Shown here piece after piece: positions 25,707 through 33,573 of a DNA stretch of 64,000 bases. Source of the stretch: Candidatus Multivorans sp. (GTDB taxonomy: Bacteria; Acidobacteriota; Thermoanaerobaculia; Multivoradales; Multivoraceae). The notes beneath the pieces were generated by a model. The model saw only the letters and a list, made by a program, of their open reading frames with translations, did not search any database and had not been told where the DNA came from. The position numbers were made by a program, and so were the translations under genes. How positions within the stretch are numbered: position 1 is the stretch's first letter; every line of letters begins with the position of its first letter. The DNA is taken from the NCBI GenBank assembly GCA_965206765.1, contig OZ242222.1:129662-193661 (forward strand), in the 5' to 3' direction.

Positions 25707-27866
25707 CTAACGGCGACAGCCGCCCGGGAAGGCCGCGTTGTCCACAATCGCCGGCGCGGGTGCTCCCGGGCCGTGCACGTACTCGCGCGTCTCGCCGGTG
25801 GCGGTGTCCGTCACGGTCAGGGTGAAACCGAGGTCCGAGGCTGACGCCCCGTACACCCAGGTCTTCCCGTTGACCGCACAGCCGTCCAGGACCTTGACCA
25901 GGAACTCCCAGTTCGCCGTGTCGAAGAAGCTGAACAGGGCGGTGTCGTTCGTTCCCGCGCGGACCACCCTGGCCGTATCGGTTCGACCGTCGGCGGCCAG
26001 CCACTCGGCGCGCACGGCGTAGCGCGAGTCCTGGAGGCACATGGTGTGCGCGTCCGGTTCGCAGGTCCCGGCCGGGTTGGCTGCCTCGACCAGGAAGACG
26101 CGGGACTCGGTCTTCTCCTCGTCCGTCCGGCTGACGGTAAGGGCGACTTCGTAGAACCCCGGGTCCGACCAGGCGTGCCTCGTCTCGCGGGACGTGGTCC
26201 TCGCCGTGCCGTCGCCGAAGTTCCACGATCTCCGCGTGACGACCTTCGTCGCGCCGGTCAGAGTGACGGTTTCGCCGGTTTCGGCTCGGCACAGCCCGTC
26301 GGTGCATTCGACGCTCAACGCGAAGCGGGCCGTCAGCGGATCCGGCGGCGGCGGTGGTGGTGCTGGATCCGGCAGCGGCGGCGGATTCGGGTTCGGCGCA
26401 GGCGGCGGCGGCGGCGGTGACGGCGGCGGTGGATCCGTCGTCGTCGTCGGCGGAGGTGGCGGTGGAGGTGGCGGTGGAGGCGGAGGCGGCGGCGGCGGGT
26501 GCGGTCCCTCGAAACCGCCGTCCTCCGGCCCGGCCCCGGTGAGAGCGGTGCACATTCGCGATCGGAAGCCCCAGATATGGGCACTCATGAACGTCATCTC
26601 GCCACGACCGGAACCGCGCCGCAATCGCTCCTCAGACTGCCTGGCGCCCGATAGAACGAAGAACTCCTTGTACGCTGCCAGTAATTCGTCCTCGGCGGTC
26701 GCGGTCCCGGGCGGATACACCAATAGGTCTTTTCGTCTTTGGTCCCTCAGGAGTTGGCCCCCCTGGATTGCCGAACCACCGAGGATGTCGTTCCGCGAAC
26801 TCGCGTAGTAGCGCTTCACGGTGGCGGAACCTAGCCAGGCATCATGGTAGATCAGGAACCACACAGCGTCGAGGATGCTCACACCACCGGCAGTGAAGGG
26901 GTCTGAGAACTCCGTGTCCATGTCGGCTCCGTGGAGGAGTTCGTCGGTGCTGTCCAGGATCCGGATGTCCTTGAAGTCGTCGTCCAGCCTGTCTTCCATG
27001 TCGCCGAGGAAACCGTGGTCGGCCAAAGCCCACAAGGAGTCCCAGTCGTCCGGCGCGTTGCAGACCGCCGACTCGACGAACTGATCGTAGTCGTCGCTGT
27101 CTTTGAGCTGCTGGAAAAGAACGGTGCTGTGCCTCTGCAGGAGCGTGTGGGCGAAGAACGTCTCAGCTTTGTGAGCAACCCGATGGGGGGGACTGCCGAA
27201 TCTGACCGATTGGTGGGGCGGATCCCAAGGATAGACCGTATTAACGCCGCCCAGGTTGAGCGCCGCTATGCGAGGATCCGCTGTGTGCGGTAGGTCGTGG
27301 AGTCCATGGTTATTTATGTTCGTATCTACGTCTTGAAGCACGTCCCACAGCTCGGCGCCGGACTCTGTGCGGTCGTTTGCGGTCGCCGGTTTCGCCGAAT
27401 CGTCCCCCCATAGTGGGGCGTTCAATGGGCCATGACAACTGGCGCACTCCGTTGGGTGGGTAATCTCCGCATCGTCTCCCGAGAAGTCGATAACGCCGGC
27501 CTCCCACCGCCCTTCCTTGGGTATCGGCTCGAGGAACTCGACCTGATCGTTGTTCGGATTGTCGGCATGGGTTCCCCAGGCCACGATGAACCGGGAGTCG
27601 TAGCCGTAGGCGATGAATCGCGGATGCTCGGGCGAGACGAAGTCGGCCACCGGGCTCTCCGATTGGTAGAGAGCGCTCCAGAAGAGCTTGTGCTTTTCCG
27701 GCAGAGCGTCGAGGAACTCGCTGACGCTCGATATTTCGTGTTCCGAGATGAAGGCGGCGACGATTTCTTCGGTCATCGTTTCCGGCAGGACGGCGTATTT
27801 GTCGAAGGCGGTCACTTGACCGGTTGCGACAACAAGAAGCGTGCAACATCCGAGTACTTTCAGCAT
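25707..27866 (-). CDS. secreted modular protein P2, near-identical tandem duplicate of P1 with a shorter Pro-linker and variable patches
   Basis: Same architecture as P1. The nucleotide sequence is almost identical except for localized substitution clusters and a 21-nt shorter GGN repeat. Confidence 0.7.
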   Translation of the reverse strand: MLKVLGCCTLLVVATGQVTAFDKYAVLPETMTEEIVAAFISEHEISSVSEFLDALPEKHKLFWSALYQSESPVADFVSPEHPRFIAYGYDSRFIVAWGTHADNPNNDQVEFLEPIPKEGRWEAGVIDFSGDDAEITHPTECASCHGPLNAPLWGDDSAKPATANDRTESGAELWDVLQDVDTNINNHGLHDLPHTADPRIAALNLGGVNTVYPWDPPHQSVRFGSPPHRVAHKAETFFAHTLLQRHSTVLFQQLKDSDDYDQFVESAVCNAPDDWDSLWALADHGFLGDMEDRLDDDFKDIRILDSTDELLHGADMDTEFSDPFTAGGVSILDAVWFLIYHDAWLGSATVKRYYASSRNDILGGSAIQGGQLLRDQRRKDLLVYPPGTATAEDELLAAYKEFFVLSGARQSEERLRRGSGRGEMTFMSAHIWGFRSRMCTALTGAGPEDGGFEGPHPPPPPPPPPPPPPPPPPTTTTDPPPPSPPPPPPAPNPNPPPLPDPAPPPPPPDPLTARFALSVECTDGLCRAETGETVTLTGATKVVTRRSWNFGDGTARTTSRETRHAWSDPGFYEVALTVSRTDEEKTESRVFLVEAANPAGTCEPDAHTMCLQDSRYAVRAEWLAADGRTDTARVVRAGTNDTALFSFFDTANWEFLVKVLDGCAVNGKTWVYGASASDLGFTLTVTDTATGETREYVHGPGAPAPAIVDNAAFPGGCRR

Positions 27867-27929
27867 TCCTTGGGTAATGTCCTTTCTTCAACTGAGAGAG
27901 AGCCGGGTCGGCACGTCAAAGCTCCAGGC

Positions 27930-29927
27930 CTAACGGCGACAGCCGCCCGGGAAGGCCGCGCTGTCCACAATCGCCGGCGCGGGTGCTCCCGGGCCGTGCA
28001 CGTACTCGCGCGTCTCGCCGGTGGCGGTGTCCGTCACGGTCAGGGTGAAACCGAGGTCCGAGGCTGACGCCCCGTACACCCAGGCGTTCCCGTTGACCGC
28101 ACAGCCGTCCAGGACCTTGACCAGTAGTTCCCAGTTCGCCGTGTCGAAGAAGCTGAACAGGGCGGTGTCGTTCGTTCCCGCGCGGACCACCCTGGCCGTA
28201 TCGGTTCGACCGTCGGCGGCCAGCCACTCGGCGCGCACGGCGTAGCGCGAGTCCTGGAGGCACATGGTGTGCGCGTCCGGTTCGCAGGTCCCGGCCGGGT
28301 TGGCTGCCTCGACCAGGAAGACGCGGGACTCGGTCTTCTCCTCGTCCGTCCGGCTGACGGTCAGGGTGACTTCGTAGAACCCCGGGTCCGACCAGGCGTG
28401 CCTGGTCTCGCGGGACGTGGTCCTCGCCGTGCCGTCGCCGAAGTTCCACGATCTTCGCGTGACGACCTTCGTCGCGCCGGTCAGAGTGACGGTTTCGCCG
28501 GTTTCGGCTCGGCACAGCCCGTCGGTGCATTCGACGCTCAACGCGAAGCGGGCCGTCAGCGGATCCGGCGGCGGCGGTGGTGGATCCGGCGGCGGCGGTG
28601 GTGGCGGTGGTGGATCCGACTCCGGCGGCGGCGGTGGTGGCGGTGGCGGCGGCGGCGGCGGCGGCGGCGGCTTCGCGTCCTCATCCACGTTGATCGTGAC
28701 CGTAGTCTCAGCTTCACTCCATAGCTTGTCTCGCGCCGTTACCGTGACGACGTATTCGCCTTGTCCGAAGAGACTCTGAGCGGCGTAGAGTTGTCCGGAT
28801 TCTCTGTCGATCTTGAACAAACTCGAGTCTTCACCGCCGAGCCGATACAGGATCTCGTCGTCGTCGTCGGGATCGTTCGCTCTCACGGGAGGACCGACGG
28901 CGTCGCCGGGCGCCAGTCGCTCAGTGACTGTCCTTCGCGTATCGGTTCCACTCGGGAACGCCGGAGCACTGTTGCTGGGAGCGGCGTACCAGGCTGCCGC
29001 TAGTGGCACAGTTTCCTTCAGGGTGGCCGCGGCATCGGCCACACCGGCTCTGCCGACGGGGACCGTGTAGTCCACCCGGAACCGGCGCACGGTCCCGGTG
29101 CCCGGGTGCGAGAACGTCTCCGCCAAGACCTCCCAGTAGGCCATGATCGTGCCGTATCGGAACTGGATTCCGTCGTGGTCGTAGTCTGCCCAGTAGCCGG
29201 CGCCCTCAGGGCTGTAGGAGTTCAATGAGTGTTCTGAAGGTTCATCTCTAAGTCCCAGGACGTACCCGATCTCGCGGGCAAACCACGGCCACCTGGCGTC
29301 GTGGTGCAACGTGGCGAAGGCTTGGCCTTTCTGCTGCTCCGACGTAACGCGCGATGTCCACTGGTAGGAACGCGCGCCGACGTCGTGACTGCCAGTCCTC
29401 TTGTAGATCACGACTACGATGTCGGCGCCGTGTGCGGACCTCGTAGCCTCCGGGAGGGTGTTCTTGGTCCTCTCAAGGACGACACCGGCAGTCGTGCTCC
29501 CAAGTACGTCGGCATGGCTGGCCGTTTCCGGCGCCGGCAGCAATCCGACCGGCTTGACTATCGCATTGACTTTGCTATTGGATAGTGCTGTGTTGATCCT
29601 TTTGATCCATTCGAGGATCGTCGGTTCCAAGGACGGTCTTGGTAGGCCGTCGGAGTCGGCTATGGCTGTCGTATAGAGAAACAGCATGCCGACCTCGGTC
29701 GGATCGTCCGTGGTCGTGCCGTCGGTGCGAAACTGTGCGCCTGCCGCGGTGGAAAGCAGGCTGGCTGCGGCGGCAAGGCCCAGCGCGAATTTCGTCAGAC
29801 CGGCATGTCTTGGTCCGGCCTTGGGGGGGGCCACGCTCCCGCGTGTGTCATGCAGGAGTCGACTTCGCCGAAGCCGTGGGCGCGATCTCGATCCAGTTCT
29901 TGCCAAACCGGAACAAGCTTCCACCAA
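27930..29927 (-). CDS. secreted modular protein P3: degenerate metzincin-like domain (His ligands lost) + cadherin-like domain + poly-Pro linker + PKD + C-terminal domain
   Basis: FAREIGYVLGLRD sits where P5 has HEIGHVLGLRH, with the Met-turn GTIMAY retained. Cadherin-like ILYRLGGEDSSLFKIDRESGQL...YVVTVTARD. The shared 3' module is identical to P1 and P2. Confidence 0.65.
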   Translation of the reverse strand: MVEACSGLARTGSRSRPRLRRSRLLHDTRGSVAPPKAGPRHAGLTKFALGLAAAASLLSTAAGAQFRTDGTTTDDPTEVGMLFLYTTAIADSDGLPRPSLEPTILEWIKRINTALSNSKVNAIVKPVGLLPAPETASHADVLGSTTAGVVLERTKNTLPEATRSAHGADIVVVIYKRTGSHDVGARSYQWTSRVTSEQQKGQAFATLHHDARWPWFAREIGYVLGLRDEPSEHSLNSYSPEGAGYWADYDHDGIQFRYGTIMAYWEVLAETFSHPGTGTVRRFRVDYTVPVGRAGVADAAATLKETVPLAAAWYAAPSNSAPAFPSGTDTRRTVTERLAPGDAVGPPVRANDPDDDDEILYRLGGEDSSLFKIDRESGQLYAAQSLFGQGEYVVTVTARDKLWSEAETTVTINVDEDAKPPPPPPPPPPPPPPPPESDPPPPPPPPPDPPPPPPDPLTARFALSVECTDGLCRAETGETVTLTGATKVVTRRSWNFGDGTARTTSRETRHAWSDPGFYEVTLTVSRTDEEKTESRVFLVEAANPAGTCEPDAHTMCLQDSRYAVRAEWLAADGRTDTARVVRAGTNDTALFSFFDTANWELLVKVLDGCAVNGNAWVYGASASDLGFTLTVTDTATGETREYVHGPGAPAPAIVDSAAFPGGCRR

Positions 29928-29977
29928 TACCGGCCGCGTTGTCGCCTACAAAACTGCGGGGAACCCCAAGAAAGCGG

Positions 29978-31273
29978 CTAATCCGGCGCCGCGGCGCTCA
30001 TCATGAAGCCCATCATCATCTCGTCCGTCGACGGCTGTCCGAAACGGACCGTGCGCTCCGAGTTGAACCCGTAGCGCTGCGCCTTCCCCGGCGAGTTGTC
30101 GTACCAGGCCGTGTACTCGACCCGCGTGCCCTTGGGGATCCGCTTCAACTGGTCGTAGTAGTAGACCGTCTGCCACGAGAAGTCGAACTGCGGCACGTCC
30201 AGCAGCACTTCGGAGGCGCCGTCGGGGTAGAAGGCCTCGAAGCGGGCCGCCTTGCCGCGCATGTGCATGTGCGGCATCAGGGCGATGATGTCCGTGTCCT
30301 TCTGGGCCACGGTGGAGTAGGGGCCGACCTGGTGGTTGCCGTTGTTCGGCGGAATCGCGAAGGTGAAGTTCATGATCGGGCGGAGTCCGGAGCCCAGCGA
30401 CCGGGTCACCGGCTTGTCGGCGAAGACGAAGCCGATCGACGACTGGTCCCACACGCCGGTGCCGTCGCCGGCTTCCTTGTGGTAGTGGATGTCGAAGGTC
30501 ACCCGCGAACCCTTCCTGAGCAGGAAGCCGTAGCCCTCCGGGTAGCGGTTCGCGTCGCTGCCGGAGGAAACGCCGCCCATGTAGCTGCCGGCGTTCTCCG
30601 GCGACGGGGCGATCTGATCCTGGTTCGGAAACTCCGGCGGCGCCGGCAGTTCGCCGTTCTCGTCCGGTTCCAGGAGGTGGAGGTTGAAGTGGTGGATGAT
30701 GTCGCTGTCCGGCTTGCACTGGAAGGCGACGATCCAGCGATCCTCCGGCAGATCCTCCTCGGTGAGGACGTAGGAGAAGGCGGCGTAGAGGTCGTCGACC
30801 GTGTCCTCGACGAAGTAGGGCTCGGGCATCGTCACCACCAGGTTGGGCTCACCGACGACCCAGCCGCCCGTGCTGGGGAACTCGCGCGGGGGCGGAGCGT
30901 CGGCGGCGTTGCCGGCGGCGGCGGCGGTCGCGGCCCAGCTCACCAGGGTCTCGATCTCGGCCGGGCTGAGCACCCGCTCGTTGGCGAAGGTCCCGTCGTG
31001 TTGGGGATGCGCGTCCCAGGGCGGCATCTCGCGGGCGGCCACGGTGCGGGCGATCGACTTGGCCCACGGCCGCACGTCGGCGTAGCTGGTCAGCGCCATC
31101 GGCGCGCGCATGCCGCCGTAGTTCGCACCCGCCGGCCGGTGGCAGTCCTGGCAGTGCGTCTGGAGCACCGGCAGCACATCGGCGTAGAAGGTCGGCGCGT
31201 CGCGGTCGGCGGCGGCGGCCGGCGCGGCGGCGAGTGCCAGAAGGAGGGCGGCGGGGAGGGCTGAACTCTTCAT
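29978..31273 (-). CDS. secreted PSCyt1-type cytochrome c domain fused to a copper type II (PHM/DBH-like) monooxygenase domain (P4)
   Basis: Signal peptide MKSSALPAALLLALAAAPAAAA. FYADVLPVLQTHCQDCHRPAG is PSCyt1-like CxxCH. IIHHFNLH plus FDIHYH form CuH-like His clusters. MPHMHMRGK plus EMMMGFMMS form a CuM-like HxH...M arrangement. Confidence 0.6.
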   Translation of the reverse strand: MKSSALPAALLLALAAAPAAAADRDAPTFYADVLPVLQTHCQDCHRPAGANYGGMRAPMALTSYADVRPWAKSIARTVAAREMPPWDAHPQHDGTFANERVLSPAEIETLVSWAATAAAAGNAADAPPPREFPSTGGWVVGEPNLVVTMPEPYFVEDTVDDLYAAFSYVLTEEDLPEDRWIVAFQCKPDSDIIHHFNLHLLEPDENGELPAPPEFPNQDQIAPSPENAGSYMGGVSSGSDANRYPEGYGFLLRKGSRVTFDIHYHKEAGDGTGVWDQSSIGFVFADKPVTRSLGSGLRPIMNFTFAIPPNNGNHQVGPYSTVAQKDTDIIALMPHMHMRGKAARFEAFYPDGASEVLLDVPQFDFSWQTVYYYDQLKRIPKGTRVEYTAWYDNSPGKAQRYGFNSERTVRFGQPSTDEMMMGFMMSAAAPD

Positions 31274-31331
31274 GGCGTGAGAGTACCAGCGGGCGTCTCG
31301 GAACGTTGTGACGCTGGACCTTCAGGGCAAC

Positions 31332-33416
31332 TCAAGGTCTACATGCGCCCGGGAAGGCCGTGTTGTCCACAATCGCCGGCGCGGGTGCTCCCGGGCCGTT
31401 CACGTACTCGCGCGTCTCGCCGGTGGCGGTGTCCGTCACGGTCAGGGTGAGACCGAGGTCCGAGGCTGACGCCCCGTACACCCAGGTCTTCCCGTTGACC
31501 GCACAGCCGTCCAGGACCTTGACCAGGAACTCCCAGTTCGCCGTGTCGAAGAAGCTGAACAGGGCGGTGTCGTTCGTTCCCGCGCGGACCACCCTGGCCG
31601 TATCGGTTCGACCGTCGGCGGCCAGCCACTCGGCGCGCACGGCGTAGCGCGAGTCCTGGAGGCACATGGTGTGCGCGTCCGGTTCGCAGGTCCCGGCCGG
31701 GTTGGCTGCCTCGACCAGGAAGACGCGGGACTCGGTCTTCTCCTCGTCCGTCCGGCTCACGGTCAGGGCGACTTCGTAGAACCCCGGGTCCGACCAGGCG
31801 TGCCTCGTCTCGCGGGACGTGGTCCTCGCCGTGCCGTCGCCGAAGTTCCACGATCTCCGCGTGACGACCTTCGTCGCGCCGGTCAGAGTGACGGTTTCGC
31901 CGGTTTCGGCTCGGCACAGCCCGTCGGTGCATTCGACGCTCAACGCGAAGCGGGCCGTCAGCGGATCCGGCGGCGGCGGTGGTGGTGCTGGATCCGGCAG
32001 CGGCGGCGGATTCGGGTTCGGCGGTGACGGCGGCGGCGGTGACGGCGGCGGCGGTGACGGCGGCGGTGACGGCGGCGGCGGTGACGGCGGGGGATCTTCG
32101 TTCACATCCTCCACGTCGATTGTCACGCTGGTTTCCGCTTCCGCAAATAGCTTGTCCCTTACCACGACGGTGAGGTGGTAAAGCGCCCGATCTTCGTAGT
32201 CGAGGGGCTGCCGGGTCAGAATCTGGCCGTCCTCCCTTCGCAACTTGAAGTACTGGGCGTCGTCGCCCTCGAGGCGGTAGTCGATCTCCTGGTTCTCCGG
32301 GTCCTCGACCGCGATTGGGGCGCCCACCTCGCTCTCCGGCGGCAGGTTCTCCTTGACACTTCGTCTTGTCCCGGCGCCGTCTGTCAACACTGGCGCGCTG
32401 TTGGCGCGGGTCCCGTACCAGGCCGCTGCCAGCGGCGCCGTGAGATTGAGGGCCTTCGCGGCGTTTGCCACTCCGTCTTCACCCATCGGAACCCGGTACT
32501 CGACTCCGTCGACTCGCACAGGCCGGTCGGCCAGGTGCGAGAAAGGTACGTTCTGCCCCAATCTGAAGGAACCGGCCATGATCGTCGAGTAGCGGAACTT
32601 GAGTCCGTCCTGGTCGTATTGTCCGCCGTACCCGGCCCCTTCCGGGTGATACGAGTGGCGGAGGCTGTCTGCTTGGCTATGTCTGAGGCCCAGGACATGG
32701 CCGATCTCATGAGCCACCGTTCCCCACCAGTGGAAATGCTCCACCGCCAAGACCGCATAGCCCTTCATCTGGTCTGACGTCCTGCCGGCCCTCCAGGGGT
32801 AGGCAAGACCGCATTTGCTGCCACAGGACACATTGGAGTCGTAAATGACGGCTACGATGTCTGCGCCATGTTCCGCCCTCATCGTCCAGAAGAGTGGAGT
32901 GGACTTTGCCGTGTCCATGACGCTGTGCGCGGACGCGCAGCCACACCTATCGACATTGCTGGCCTCTTCCGGCGCCTGTCTCATGCCGACCAGCCTGACG
33001 GTCGCATTCACCTTGCTCACCGAGAAGGCTTCGTTCGTCTTCGCGAGCCAGTCGCGGACGCGTCCTTGAAGCCTCAGACTCGGTGTGGCGTTGTCCTGTA
33101 CGCCCTTTGTGTACAGAAACAGGATGTCGAGTTCGGAAGGATCGTCCGTTGCCGTTTCGCTCGGCAACTGGACAACGCTCGGTCCCGGTTCGGTGGGAAT
33201 CTCCAGGAGTTTGCAGCGAAACTGCGCGCCTGCCGCGGTGGAAAACAGGCTGGCTGCGGCGGCAAGGCCCAGCACGAACTTCGCCAGACCGGCAGGTCTT
33301 GGTTCGGCCCTGGGGGAGCGCTCACTCCCGCGTGCGTCATGCAGGAGTCGACTTCGCCGAAGCCGTGGGCGCGATCTCGATCCGGTTTTTCTCAAACCGG
33401 AACAAGCTTCCACCAA
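31332..33416 (-). CDS. secreted modular protein P5: intact metzincin-like Zn-protease domain + cadherin-like domain + poly-Pro/Ser linker + PKD + C-terminal domain
   Basis: VAHEIGHVLGLRH is an HExxHxxGxxH Zn-binding motif with Met-turn YSTIMAG. Cadherin-like IDYRLEGDDAQYFKLRREDGQIL...YHLTVVVRD. The shared 3' module matches the other copies. Confidence 0.7.
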   Translation of the reverse strand: MVEACSGLRKTGSRSRPRLRRSRLLHDARGSERSPRAEPRPAGLAKFVLGLAAAASLFSTAAGAQFRCKLLEIPTEPGPSVVQLPSETATDDPSELDILFLYTKGVQDNATPSLRLQGRVRDWLAKTNEAFSVSKVNATVRLVGMRQAPEEASNVDRCGCASAHSVMDTAKSTPLFWTMRAEHGADIVAVIYDSNVSCGSKCGLAYPWRAGRTSDQMKGYAVLAVEHFHWWGTVAHEIGHVLGLRHSQADSLRHSYHPEGAGYGGQYDQDGLKFRYSTIMAGSFRLGQNVPFSHLADRPVRVDGVEYRVPMGEDGVANAAKALNLTAPLAAAWYGTRANSAPVLTDGAGTRRSVKENLPPESEVGAPIAVEDPENQEIDYRLEGDDAQYFKLRREDGQILTRQPLDYEDRALYHLTVVVRDKLFAEAETSVTIDVEDVNEDPPPSPPPPSPPPSPPPPSPPPPSPPNPNPPPLPDPAPPPPPPDPLTARFALSVECTDGLCRAETGETVTLTGATKVVTRRSWNFGDGTARTTSRETRHAWSDPGFYEVALTVSRTDEEKTESRVFLVEAANPAGTCEPDAHTMCLQDSRYAVRAEWLAADGRTDTARVVRAGTNDTALFSFFDTANWEFLVKVLDGCAVNGKTWVYGASASDLGLTLTVTDTATGETREYVNGPGAPAPAIVDNTAFPGACRP

Positions 33417-33480
33417 TACCGGCCGCGTTGTCGCCTACAAAACTGCTGGGATGGACCGCAAGAAACGGCTACTCCGGCGC
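33417..33480 (-). pseudogene. relic of the 3' end of a P4-like monooxygenase gene
   Basis: The minus strand reads ...MMGFMMSAAAPE*, versus ...MMMGFMMSAAAPD* at the real P4 terminus at 29978. The nucleotide string ccggcgccgcggcgctcatcatgaagcccatcat is shared with 29960-30010. Confidence 0.55.
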
Positions 33481-33573
33481 CGCGGCGCTCATCATGAAGC
33501 CCATCATGGCGGGCGGGCACGGCGCGGCGCGCCGGATGCCGGCGGGGACGCCGGCGCACTCCGTCGTTGCGCC

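Noticed and set aside
24960-27420. Hypervariable patches between P1 and P2 as a diversity-generating retroelement target
   Set aside because: No reverse transcriptase or template repeat is in the window. Substitutions are not restricted to adenine positions and include all base changes.
23400-33500. Regular ~2.2-kb periodicity and short GGC/GGT repeats could suggest a CRISPR-like or satellite array
   Set aside because: The repeat units are whole protein-coding genes with signal peptides and domains. The short repeats are in-frame Pro codons on the coding strand, and there are no spacer/repeat units of CRISPR size.
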